A stretch of 63,888 nucleotides of DNA, counting the filler, from Octopus bimaculoides (Eukaryota): NCBI RefSeq assembly GCF_001194135.2. It is 4 parts of 4 records of this genome, joined end to end, with 100 filler letters (N's around TTAATTAATTAA, not from the genome) between each part and the next. Parts side by side here need not be neighbours in the genome. Positions count along the whole stretch, not along the records: positions 1 to 23,641 come from NC_068998.1; 3 more parts are not named here. One strand, 5' to 3'. Every line of letters begins with the position of its first letter. Position 1 is the stretch's first letter. Made by a program: the position numbers and the translations under genes. Positions 12,678-23,741 of this stretch are shown here, in pieces. The notes under the pieces are model-generated. The model saw only the letters and a program-made list of their open reading frames with translations. It was not told the origin of the DNA and made no database searches.

Positions 12678-13950
12678 AAAAAGAAAACAGAAAATGGAAC
12701 AAGAATGTAACAGGCGACAACAAAACTTCTGGACAGTTAGATGATTCAAAAAAGGACAGGAAAAATCAAGGGCAGGTCATTCAGAACTTCCTATCCTAAG
12801 TTTGAGTTCCAGATCATCTTTGCAGTTTCAGCTGGTTACACTCGAGACTGCTCCAATCTGGCTGGCCCCAAGAATATCAAGCTAAGAGCACTAAACTCCT
12901 TGGAAGAAAGCAACCGAATATATACGAAAACAATGACGAAAAGCGGAGAAATGGTACACAGTTACAAATACAAAAAACAGGACATTAACAACAGGTGTCT
13001 TTTGACTAAGGACAAATTAAATTAAGTTGGCATGTGTGAAAGTGAAGCCTTAGGGCTGGGATATAAGAGATGAAAGTCATGGGAAGAAATATAAGAGATG
13101 CTACATAGATGTTAGTTTGAACCAAGAAAGAAAAGTCAGGCTTGGCAGAAGACTGGCCACGTGGAAGGAGAGGAGAGAGGTAGGGGGCAGAGGGATTGAA
13201 GAATTAGGGTGGGACAAGAAAGGAAAGGGACAGTGACGTAAAAGAGGAGGGAAAGTGAAAATGAAGGGAAGGCCAAGAAATGTTAGGGGGAGCGAGAAAA
13301 AGATAAGTGGAAAGAACGGAGAAAGTGTGAAGGGAACTAAAAGAAAAAGTAAAAGAGTTGCACAGAATTTAGATATATATATATATGTACTTACATACAA
13401 GAGACCAAAAGTGTACGTACGCCGCTATATGTATATATAAAAAAAGAAAACAAAAAATGGAATAAGAAAGTAACAGGTGACAATAAAACATCCAGACTGT
13501 TAGACGATACAAAAAAGGACAGGTCATTCAGAGCTTCCTATCCTCGGTCGAGTTCCAGATCATCTTTGCAGTTTCAGCCGGTTACACTCTAGACTGCTTC
13601 AATCTGGCCGGCCCCAAGAAAATCTAAACTAAGAGCACTAGACTCCTTGGAAGAAAGCAAGCAAATGTATATGAGAACAAGGATGAAAAAAAAACGGAGA
13701 AATGGTACACAATTATAAATACAAAAAACAGGACATTAACAACAGGTGTCTTTTGACTAAGGACAAATTAAATTAAGCTGGCATGTGTGGAAGTGAAGCC
13801 TTATGACAGGGACATAAGAGATGAGAGTCATGGGAAGAAATATAAGAGATGCTGCACGGATGTTAGTCGAACCAAGAAAGAAAGGTCACCTGGAAGGAGA
13901 GGAGAGAGGTAGGGGGCAGAGGGATTGAAGAATTAGGGAGGGACAAGAAA
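12678..13950. repeat. Diverged tandem duplication, period ~760 bp (possibly Penelope pseudo-LTR derived)
   Basis: gaaaa..aatggaa..aagaa..gtaacagg at ~12680 and ~13445. The shared block caggacattaacaacaggtgtcttttgactaaggacaaattaaattaag occurs at ~12978 and ~13729. Confidence 0.8.
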
Positions 13951-14004
13951 GAGAGAAAAAATATGCATGTATGTATATATGTGCATATGAACTGATCTAA
14001 TATA

Positions 14005-14322
14005 TGCAGGACACTGACTGGGAGAACAATGTCTGTCATCGCCACGGATGGAGGAAGCAGGTTAAGGAAGGGATCGACACTTTTGAGAGAGCACGTATCC
14101 AGCATGAAGAACTTAAGCGAGCTGTACGAAAGCGCATGGCTCAAATAGTGAATGGGGAAAGCTTAATCTGTAATGTTTGCAGTCGTGTATGCTTGTCAAG
14201 AGCAGGGCTCATTAGCCACCAACGGAGCCGCAAATGCAAAATATAAGTTAGTCCTAGAGCGCACAATGTTCCTGAAGGTCAGCAAAGGTCTTCCTCGGTC
14301 ACGAGTGGATGGCCATCATCAT
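14005..14322 (+). mobile_element. RTE/BovB-like LINE extreme 3' end with C2H2 finger and (CAT)n tail
   Basis: DWE..V.HRHGWRKQVKEG...LICNVCSRVCLSRAGLISHQR, then a short UTR ending gatggccatcatcat. Confidence 0.8.
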
Positions 14323-14409
14323 GAACTGATCTACATATATCGGTATATGTATATGTTGCTTTAACTATACATATCTAAATGTGTATTTATATGTACATGT
14401 ACATATATA

Positions 14410-15293
14410 CAGGGTGTCCCAAAAGTCTCTGATGGGTTTCAATTTTTAATAACTTCCTTAACTTTACCATTACATGCATGAAATTTTGATACAATATAAA
14501 GGACATAATGGAAATTATTATGCACAAGTCAAATTTTGCAACACCACTACATCATGTATGAAAAATGACATCACTTAAATGGCAGCTATTTTTGGCTTCG
14601 TATGTCCGTGCTCTTTCCAAAAATTGCACCATAACACCCTCAAGAGTTTCAGACCCCACTTCTCTGATTTCTCTATTGATGTCCTCCTCCAGTTGCACCG
14701 GGGTCTCTGGTTTGTTGATGTAAACCCTCTCTTTCATATATCCCCACAAGAAAAAATCCCAGTCAAGTCTGGGGAAGGTGAAGGCCATTCAAAGTAGACC
14801 GCACACATGGTTCCAGCAAGATGGGGCAACTGCTCATACTGAAAGAGAAACAGTGCAGTTGCTATAGCAGTGCTTTAGAGAGAGAATAATTTCCCACAAC
14901 GGCAATGTCAACTGGCCTTCACGTTTCCCCAGACTTGACTAGCCCAGATTTTTTCTTGTGGGGATACCTGAAAGAGAATTTATGTCAACAAACCAGAGAC
15001 CCTGGTGCAACTGAAGGAGAACATCAATAAAGAAATGAGAGAAGTGGGGTCTGAAACTCTTGAAGGTGTTATGGTGCAAGTTTTGGAAAGTGCATGAACA
15101 TATGAAGCCAGAAATGGCTGTCATTTAAGCGATGTCATTGATTGTATGTGATGTAATAGTGTTGCAATATTTGACTTGTGCATATTAGTTTCCATTATGT
15201 CCTTTATACTAAATCGAAATTTCATGCATTTATTTGTACAGTTAAGGAAGTTATTAAAAATTGAAATCCATCAGAGACTTTTGGAACACCTTG
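14410..15293. mobile_element. Fold-back Tc1/mariner derivative built from two inverted transposase 3' ends
   Basis: Termini CAGGGTGTCCCAAAAGTCTCTGATG and CATCAGAGACTTTTGGAACACCTTG, with TA at 14408-14409. The minus arm encodes DFFLWGYMKERVY..HLSDVIFHT*. The plus arm encodes WFQQDGATAHT..WPSRFPDLTSPDFFLWGYLKE. Confidence 0.88.
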
Positions 15294-15329
15294 TGCATGT
15301 ATGTATGTGTGTATATATATATATATATC

Positions 15330-15482
15330 AGGAATGGCTGTGTGGTAAGTAGCTTGCTTACCAACCATATGGTTCTGCATTCAGTTCCACTGCGTGGCAC
15401 ATTGGGCAAGTGTCTTCTATCGCCTCTGGCTGACCAAAGCCTTGTGAGTGGATTTGATATATGGAAACGGAAAGAAGCCTGT

Positions 15483-15537
<55 letters not shown>

Positions 15538-15729
15538 NNNNNNNNNNNNNNNNNNNNNNNNNNNNAACATCGCTTGACAACCGACGCTGGTGTGTTTACA
15601 TCCCTGTAACTTAGAGACTGATAGAAAAAGTATTAGTCTTACAAAGAATAAGTCCTGGGGTCGATTTGCTCAACTAATGGCAGTGCTCCAGCATGGCCAC
15701 AGTCAAATGACTGAAACAAACAAAAAAAT
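15330..15729 (+). mobile_element. tRNA-derived SINE with internal microsatellite
   Basis: Head ggctgtgtggtaagtagcttgct..ttcagttccactgcgtggcac..gggcaagtgtcttctat, a (TA)/(TG) core, and tail gtgctccagcatggccacagtcaaatgactgaaacaa. Other copies lie at ~24500, ~45340 and ~57500. Confidence 0.8.
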
Positions 15730-15884
15730 ATATGTATCTTATGTTTATGTTTGTATATTGGTCTTTAACTATGTATGTATATATGGCTATGTCTATATGA
15801 ATCTATAATTATATGTCTCTGTATATACATATATATACACACACACACACACATATATATGTACAATTCTATAGGTATGTCTAT

Positions 15885-16300
15885 ATCATCGTCGTTTGAT
15901 TTGGCAGAGTTTCTACAGCTGGATGCCCTTCCTAACGCCAACCACTCCGTGAATGTAGTGGGTGCTTTTATGTGCCACCGGCACGAAGGCCAGTCAGGCG
16001 GTACTGGCAACGGCCACGCTCAAAGTGGTGTATTTTATGTGCCACCTGCACAGAGCCAGTCCAGCAGCACTGGCAATGATCTCGCTCAAATGTCTTTACA
16101 CATGCCACCGGCACAAGTGCCAGGAAGGCGACGCTGGGCACAGGTGCCATCACGATTTCACTTTCGCTTGCCCCAACAGGTCTTCACAAGCCGAGTTTCA
16201 TGTTCAATGAAGGAGACGACGTTGGCATGGGTGCCAGTCGTCGAATTTAGTTCGATTTCGATTTCACTTGCCTCAACAGGTCTTTGCAAGTGGAGTTTTG
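15885..16300 (-). mobile_element. RTE LINE 3' UTR fragment
   Basis: Nearly the same sequence as 9330-9660 (ggcagagtttctacagctggatgcccttcctaacgccaaccactcc..gtgccaggaaggcgacgctgggcacagg). Confidence 0.85.
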
Positions 16301-16389
16301 AGGATGGTCATGTTGCCAGTTTAGCCAATAAAAGCACATGCACTATATATTTGGCGTTAATCATTATATGTATAATTTACTCCTCCTGT

Positions 16390-17447
16390 CTGTGTGTATT
16401 TTTAGAAGAGAAAACTATGTAATAATTGAAGTAGAAGTAAGATCAGTGTTGTACATCAACTTGTGTTTGTTTATGATACAACAATAATGAGTTGTATGTG
16501 TTATTTTACTTATCTATGCAGTAATGGCAATGGCATAATATTTTTATAAGAGAAAAATATGTAATAATTGAAGTAGAAAAAGATCATTTTTATACATGAA
16601 GTTCTGTTTGTTTATTACATGATAATACGATACAGTGACAGAAAGAGACCGAGAGACTGTTTTGGCAGACACACCCCAAGTGAGAAGTGGGCTGTTCCAC
16701 TACTGATAAATAGTGGACAGAACAGCAAGCAGTGTCAGTCAGTGAGGTATGCCGTATGGGCCAGTCACACAGACGATGAAGGTACATCATCATAATACAG
16801 GACATATCAGTGGTGATGAGGTGTTGAACTACACGCAGTGACAGATAAGACACAACACAGACAGACTGTGCAAGAAGACAATAACTACATACAGTAAAAA
16901 ATTTGAAGAAGGATTTGAACAACACACAGTGAAAAATAACATGCACATAATGAAAAATATATAAATTCTATTGGAAAAAGATTTTGAAGAAAACAATGTC
17001 TGATAAAACTGAACTACTCACAGTGAAAAATAATATAAATCCGTTCATAGGATTTAGGTTGGGTTGCTATGTGTTAGTAGCGCTACCAGTAAACAATGTA
17101 GACTGGTACTACCTGTGGCATTCTGAAGAGAAAAATAATTCTGTGTGGAAGAAAAAATAATATGTTTGTGTGAAGGATTTTAGTTAGGCTGCTTTGTGTT
17201 ATAGTGCTACCAGTAAACAATGTAGACATTCTGCAGCATTCTGAAGAGAAAAATAATTCTGTGGAAGAAAACAAAAAATCTCAAAGTGGGGAGATGTTGT
17301 GGCAGACACCTCCAGGTGAGAAGTGGGCTGTTCCACTACTGGTAAATAGTGGACAGACACAGCAAGCATGGTCAGTCGGCGAGGTATGCCGTACAGACCA
17401 GTCACACACACTATGTAGGTACGTTGTCATAATGTGGGACATATCAG
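16390..17447. repeat. Nested local duplications
   Basis: ~145-bp block at 16666-16810 repeated at 17302-17447. ~45-bp block at ~16402 and ~16545. ~75-bp block at ~17080 and ~17203. Confidence 0.75.
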
Positions 17448-18060
17448 AGATAGAAATAGAGACAGAAAGAGAGTGAGTGACAGAAGGAGAGAGATGTAAA
17501 GAGAGACAGAAAGAAAAAAAGAGTGATAGATGACGGAATGAGAGAGACATAAAGAGAGAGAGGGTAAGAGAAAGAGGAGGAGAGAGAAAGAAAGGGAGAA
17601 ATGAAGAGAGAGATAAAGAAAGAGAGGGAAATAGACAGATAAAGAAAAAGAGAGGTACAGATACAGGAAGCGAGAGACAGACAGAAAGAGAGGATACGGT
17701 ATTAAATAACTGAAACATGAATATATATACATGCGTGTGTGTGTTCTTTTTTCTTGCCTCAGTATCTTGACAGAAATGTAACGTTGATGTGTGTGTGTGT
17801 TCTTTTAGTGAGGGAATGAGAGAAAGGGAGAGAGGGGAAAATAGACAGATAGAGAAGAAAGAAAATCATAGAGATGGTGTGTGGTTTTAGTTTCACCTTG
17901 CGAGACAAGAGACAGAATCTCTTTGAAGTAGCATGGTAGAGAATGAGATAGGCAGGCAGACAGAGAATAGAGATGGGCAGAGAGAATAGAGGAGACCTGG
18001 AAAGAAAATCATAAAGATGGTATCTGGTTTTCAGTTTGTGGGACAAACAGACAGAATTTC

Positions 18061-18099
<39 letters not shown>

Positions 18100-18119
18100 G
18101 TGATAGATATATATGTTGT

Positions 18120-18470
18120 AAACAATTTGCAGATGCGAGTGCTACCAGTTGAAAGCTTCACATACCAGATGCTAGCAAGTTTACGGGCCATCAGGAGAGA
18201 ATGTGCGCTGTTTTGGGACTTTTCTCTCAATGGCACCATTGCGCACTACCCCCCCCTCCCGTCACTGAAATGAGACCATGCTTGCTAGATCAACTGGTTA
18301 TCGGGTTTCACTCAGTATTCTAGCTATTGCTCATTGTCGCTTTTTAACCAAATCCAGTGGCTTGCCTTTTCCACTGTACTTTGGATATCACTCATGATGG
18401 TATTTGCTTTACAATAAGTTAGGCCTAATGATAACAACAGTTGCCTCACACTTATGTGTATAAAACTGTC
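18120..18470 (-). mobile_element. HERO-like LINE 3' fragment, second copy
   Basis: ctttttaaccaaatccagtggc..ccttttccactgta at ~18340-18376 is the reverse complement of 7775-7810. Confidence 0.7.
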
Positions 18471-18497
18471 TGTATATGATGAGCAAATTAGGTAGGC

Positions 18498-18936
18498 CAC
18501 ATCAATATGGCTGTTCCAAAGGAATTGACGTTACTCCTGTTTTTAACTCCAGGTGGAGCCTCCTCCAACTGGTTATCGATGCAATCTACACCCAGTATAT
18601 ATTGTTACTTTCATCTCTTATAGAGATTTTCTAACCAGCTACTTTGCTTGCTGCAAGATCAGTGGCTGATTATCACTTGGTTTTATATATATTGCGAGCT
18701 GGAGTGAATGACTGCTATCTCTAGCGGACAGGTGTTCACCCCCTGATGATGGGCACAGATAGCCTGAAACCATATGGTCTGGTGATCCTGTTGTCTACTA
18801 GAAGATGGTAGGGGTTCGTTTGCCTGCTTGCAATATATATCAGGTGCAGTTTGCATTGATAACCAGTAGGAGAAGGCTCCTCCCGGGGTAAAAACAGTGG
18901 TAATGTTGATTCATATGGAACAGCCATATTGATGTG
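18498..18936. mobile_element. ~440-bp element with ~105-bp inverted arms (MITE-like or inverted Penelope-type ends)
   Basis: CACATCAATATGGCTGTTCCA at 18498 and its exact reverse complement ending at 18936. Arms align as far as tatatattg. Confidence 0.85.
18728..18791 (+). ncRNA. Type I hammerhead ribozyme candidate
   Basis: acagg-tgt-tcacc-cc CTGATGA t gggc(acagata)gcct GAAA cc(atat)gg TC t ggtga-t-cctgt. The core is complete, three stems form, and the cleavage triplet is GUC (after 18779). Confidence 0.7.
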
Positions 18937-19720
18937 ACAATAAACACTACTTGTCTGTATATGTATCTATACATATTTTCTGCATCTGTATCTAAGTATG
19001 TATATGTGTGTGTGTGTACATATATATGTCTGTATTTATGTGTTTATATTACATATATTCAAGTTCAGCTGTTTTGTATGAATAGTATTTGTCAACATCC
19101 CCTTTGGCTCTCTGCTCCCCCCCCCACTGTTTAACACACACAGACACTCACACACAAGTATAATGTCTCTCATTGTATCACATGCCCTCCTACCCTCCCT
19201 CCAAGTGGTCAATCTGGTAAAAATCTTGATCTAGAAATGTATTTATAATGATTCTCCTAAATGCTCTTATGTTTTTCTCTTTTCTTTTCTCTTTCTTTTT
19301 TCTTCATTGTCTTCAGTTTTTTCTGTATGTCCTCATTTCAGGAAATATATCTTGGAATTTAAAATTAGACCACTGGACACTTAGTAAATCACATTTTGCT
19401 TATGTCTGCTTGGCATCAAATTATTGTAATGTTTGTTATCTCCCTTGTGTTTTTCTTTTTGTCTTCTTCTTTACAAGTGTCTCTTGTTTAAACATCTGCT
19501 CAAAGAATAACTGACAAATGGTCTTGTTTGCAGCTTGACAAATGGTAGAGTAAACTGTTATTTTGACAAGGAGACCCTGGGTAGCTGTAATTACAAAATT
19601 TGTGGTTTTTATTTCAAGATTCTTTACTCTCTTTAGCTGATTAATTGCTTTTCTACTTGTGGAAGCATTGCCACATATTACATTTATTTGAGTTAGAATA
19701 AGAACAGTGAGTGAAGAATG

Positions 19721-19968
19721 AATATATAGTGTGTTTGTTTATTTGGCAAAAAAAAAAAATGACCATCTCAAAATACAATATATAGAATGTTCTAAACAGA
19801 ACAGGAAGCGACACATGGGATAGAGAGTCGCTCAAGAGGTCACAAGATGTATGACAAAAGATTTAAGACAAAGGGCATAAAATAAGAACAATAATAAATC
19901 TGAAGTGAAGAGCAAATATATAGTGCGTGTGTTTATTTGGCAAACAAAAAAGACCATCCCAAAATATA
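19721..19968 (+). repeat. ~195-bp-period direct repeat with a mutated hammerhead-like core
   Basis: aatatatagtg..tttatttggcaaa..gaccatc.caaaata at 19721 and 19916. Between them ctcaagaggtcacaagatgtatgacaaaagattt is homologous to 54407-54440. Confidence 0.6.
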
Positions 19969-20089
19969 ACAATATCTGTTTCAGCAAACAGTTTCACATC
20001 AGGAGTCTTGCAAAGCAAATACATAAATGTGTGTGTGTGTGTATATATATATATGTATATACACACACACACATACACAGTGCCACATA

Positions 20090-20298
20090 AAAAGCACCTA
20101 TACTGGTGCCACGTAAAAGGCACCCGGTACTCTCTTTAAAGTGGTTGGCATTAGGAAGGGTATCCAACCATAGAAACTATACCAAAACAGACAGTTGGAG
20201 CTTGGTGTGTCTCTCTCTGGCTTGCCAGCTTCTGTAAAACCATCCAACCCATGCCAGCAAGGAAAACAGATGTTAAGTGATGATAATGATGATGATGA
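20090..20298 (+). mobile_element. RTE-tail-related repeat with (GAT)n tail
   Basis: gtgccacgtaaaaggcacc..gtggttggcattaggaagggtatcca..catccaacccatgccagca..gatgatgatga. Confidence 0.7.
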
Positions 20299-21854
20299 CA
20301 CACACACACATGTAATATATAATTGATAAATGATAGAAAATGGAATGAACAAGATCTTTATTTAAAACCACTACAATTATTTCAACACATTTTACACCTA
20401 TGGTACACACGGGACATGTTGTGTAATCATCCATTCAAGGTACAAAATGTACCTCCTCAGGTGATTGTTTAAACAAGCCATTTGTTAGATTCTACCAGCA
20501 TTTTACTCAGTGTGATAATACATATCCAAAGACTTGTTATTTTCAGCAGCTTACATGCCAGCCCATAAATATAGTAACAGACAAAAACACAATTATAATC
20601 AGAATACAAAATACAGAAATAGAGAAATAGGCAAAACAGAATAGGGTCAGGTTGGCTATAAATTACAATTCTATCATCATAGTCGGATTATAAGGAAGAG
20701 TATGCTAAACAGGATGAAGAATAAAATTAAGCATTTAGAGATAAGAAAGTGATAAAGTGTGAAGACTAAACTTTCAGTGCTTATCAAGTGTTTCTTTATT
20801 TCTGTGAACGATCTAAATTATCATCTGTCTCTCACAACAAAACTGGTCCCATTCTTCACACAAATCAACTTCTATTTAAAGCTGATTTATTACCATATAA
20901 TTTTTATATACTTTTTTGAAACAATAAGAAAAAAATGAGAAGATATTAACTCTCCAGCCACCACATATATATTCTTCTATATACCCACCTACAAGGTAGT
21001 GTATATTGTTCACACCCACACACACGTGTGTGCATCTATTCATATATACACACATATGCTTCTTACTAATCTTTTATTTTTACTGTTTATATCAATATGT
21101 TGTGTTGAAACAGTTGTAGTGATTCGAAATGAAGAATGTTGTTCATTCCAGTTTCTATTGTTTAACTATTCATATGAACTCAACAAATACTTTGGAATTC
21201 CTGGTATATATATCCAGTAACAAAAGCATTTCCACTGTATGATGACATCAGGTTGCCAATAACTGTGGACAAGCTTTGCACAGCATTCTACACAGATTTT
21301 ACCAGATTCCTGTTTAACTAATATAATATATATAATATATGTGATGGAATCAATATATCTCAAAATACATGATACCTGAACATCCAAAACTTCGAAATAG
21401 AAGTTAAAAATTCATAAGTGTGGTAGGTATATCTGTTAGTTCTTGGTTGAAGTTCATTTGACTTCAATGACTGCCTTTGTATAGTGGAAACTAACCTGTG
21501 ACACTTCATCTATGATGGAAGCTCAAGTGATCTCATTAGCAGCTTTCAGCTCCACCTGATTGCTGGGATGCAAGCAAGTCTTAACTCTCCTCATAGTTTC
21601 TCTATATGGTTTATTTGACTAGCAATACCATTAGGTCTACATTATGGTTTCAGTAAAATGTTTGGCAGGCTATTGCTAATCATCTGCAGATTTAAAATGG
21701 AGATAACTGTCTTTCTATTTATCCACCTATTTACTTCTGTATCTCTCTTTCTATATATTTATCTATCTTCACTTACTTTCTCTTTCTACATTTCACCGAT
21801 CTATCATAAGTATTTCAACTAACAAATGAGTTTATACTATTTCATGTACTGCAG

Positions 21855-21944
21855 GCAGCAGAAAAGAAAGCTGTGAAAATCCAAGCTGACCATCCAATAT
21901 CATTTACCCAACTAACTTCAAGAAATGATTTGGGAACCACTGAG
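21855..21944 (+). CDS. COPB1: Coatomer subunit beta, next internal exon, phase 0-0
   Basis: gcag acceptor ends at 21854 and gtatgt donor starts at 21945. Translates AAEKKAVKIQADHPISFTQLTSRNDLGTTE, continuing the beta-COP sequence (recalled as [27 protein letters not shown]) in frame with the 2273-2428 exon. Confidence 0.9.
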
Positions 21945-23339
21945 GTATGTTGGGGACTTTGTTTTTTAATTTGTTTATTGTTTACCTTCCAGTTATATGT
22001 AATAAATCCTGCTTACATGGAATTAGCTTGAAGCAGGTTATATGAATATCTTGTTTATATTCTTCTGTAATTCATCTTCATCTCTTCATTTTATCCAACT
22101 TCTTCACTGCTTATAACCAGCATTCTAGCAAAGTACCTGATACAGAAACATTTTTGGGTACCCTGACCTTAAACAGGCATAATAAGAAAATTTAGTGTCC
22201 TTTCACACTAGTGTCTAGAGTGGTAGGTTGTGTGATTCCCTCTTGCAACTCTCTTGCTATACTTTTGTCTTACACTTTACAATGAAGTCATGTGTGTTTA
22301 TCAGGTGTATATTTATTTGTGTATGTGTGTATACACACTTGTGTGTAAGTATCTTTTACATATGTTTAATAGTAGGTATCATTATGAATTTTTGAAAATA
22401 TTTAACAGTAATTTCTATCATACTTTTTCTTGAAGAGCATCCAAAAAGAAACATTTTGATAACTCATTTGTGAAATTTGGATGAATATTTTAGGAAATAT
22501 GACAATTTGAATGGTCACTGAAATGGTCGAAATCTTCCCTAATTTGCCTAAATGAATAATAAACCATATTTGTGATGTCATATCTTTGAAACTGAGGTAA
22601 TAGTCCACTTCAAATTACACAAATTAATAGTGAACATGATATAGCAGTTGCCTATTTTTTCTCAGGTTCTTGGATAGAAAACTTTGTTTATGGCAATTTT
22701 TAAAACATTTATGTAAAGCCTATTTTGTTACATGTCACAAAACTGTTTTGACGGAGATTTTTCCTTATTTTTCTTTCTTTTTTCCTTTATATCTTGCATC
22801 ATGGTCTTGGAAATGATGCAGATAAACTTTGTATGAAAAAGAATTAAAAAAAAATTTATGGTTTTTCCACATGCCCACCTCTTCTGTGCACCCCCACCCA
22901 CTCCAGACCAATTTTGGCCAATTTTGTTTACACACTTAAAAACAATGGGAGAAGCCTTTTCAGTGAAGGAAAAAAATTTTTTTGAAAATAATTTCAAGCA
23001 AAAAGTTGTATGATTTAAGGAAGATTTAGCTGTTCTTTGTAGCGCATCTCACAATCATCTGATACTTTTCTCAGAGTTGCATGTAGGCTTAGATTAAAAA
23101 ACAAACAAAATGTGAAAACTGATTCCTTGCTTTAAGCATTAAAAACATAAATTAAAGGCATTAGCACATCTGTAACTTACAGCAAGCTTGTTATATTTGA
23201 AGAGAGAGAGAAAAACCTCAAAACAAATATGTAAACACTGACACAAATTATCCTAACTGTATTCAAAATCAGAAAAAAACATCACCTCTGACTTTAATAG
23301 TTTACAAAATTGTATTCATTGCACAATATAATTTTTCGG

Positions 23340-23641
23340 CTTGGAGGAGAAGGGTGTGGAAGCTTGAAGACCCTGCAAATGGACAGAGACTTAGAGACAA
23401 GTTACTTGAAGCATTTGACGAAATAGAAGGGGATATAGCATCATACAACGTGGAAGACAATTGGAGATTTCTGCGGGACAACCTGTTGAAAGCCACCGAC
23501 CAGATCTGTGGCTGGTGTAAGGTCCCCTCTCGACCCAGAGTAACGTGGTGGTGGAACAAGGAGGTAGACAGGGCTATTAGACAAAAGAAACAGGCTTGGA
23601 AGGACTGGAAGAACGGTGGTAGCAGGGAATTGTACCAATGT
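23340..23641 (+). mobile_element. RTE LINE fragment (EN-RT linker), cut by scaffold end
   Basis: VEDNWRFLRDNLLKATDQICGW.K..SRPRVTWWWNKEVDRAIRQKKQAWKDWK. Confidence 0.8.
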
Positions 23642-23741
23642 NNNNNNNNNNNNNNNNNNNNNNNNNNNNNNNNNNNNNNNNNNNNTTAATTAATTAANNN
23701 NNNNNNNNNNNNNNNNNNNNNNNNNNNNNNNNNNNNNNNNN
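23642..23741. other. Artificial scaffold-joining spacer
   Basis: 44 N + TTAATTAATTAA (stops in all six frames) + 44 N. Confidence 0.95.

Noticed and set aside
21470-21660. Possible Tc1 transposase C-terminal relic on the minus strand
   Set aside because: Only a weak ELKAA..E resemblance and no TIRs found; too decayed to support.
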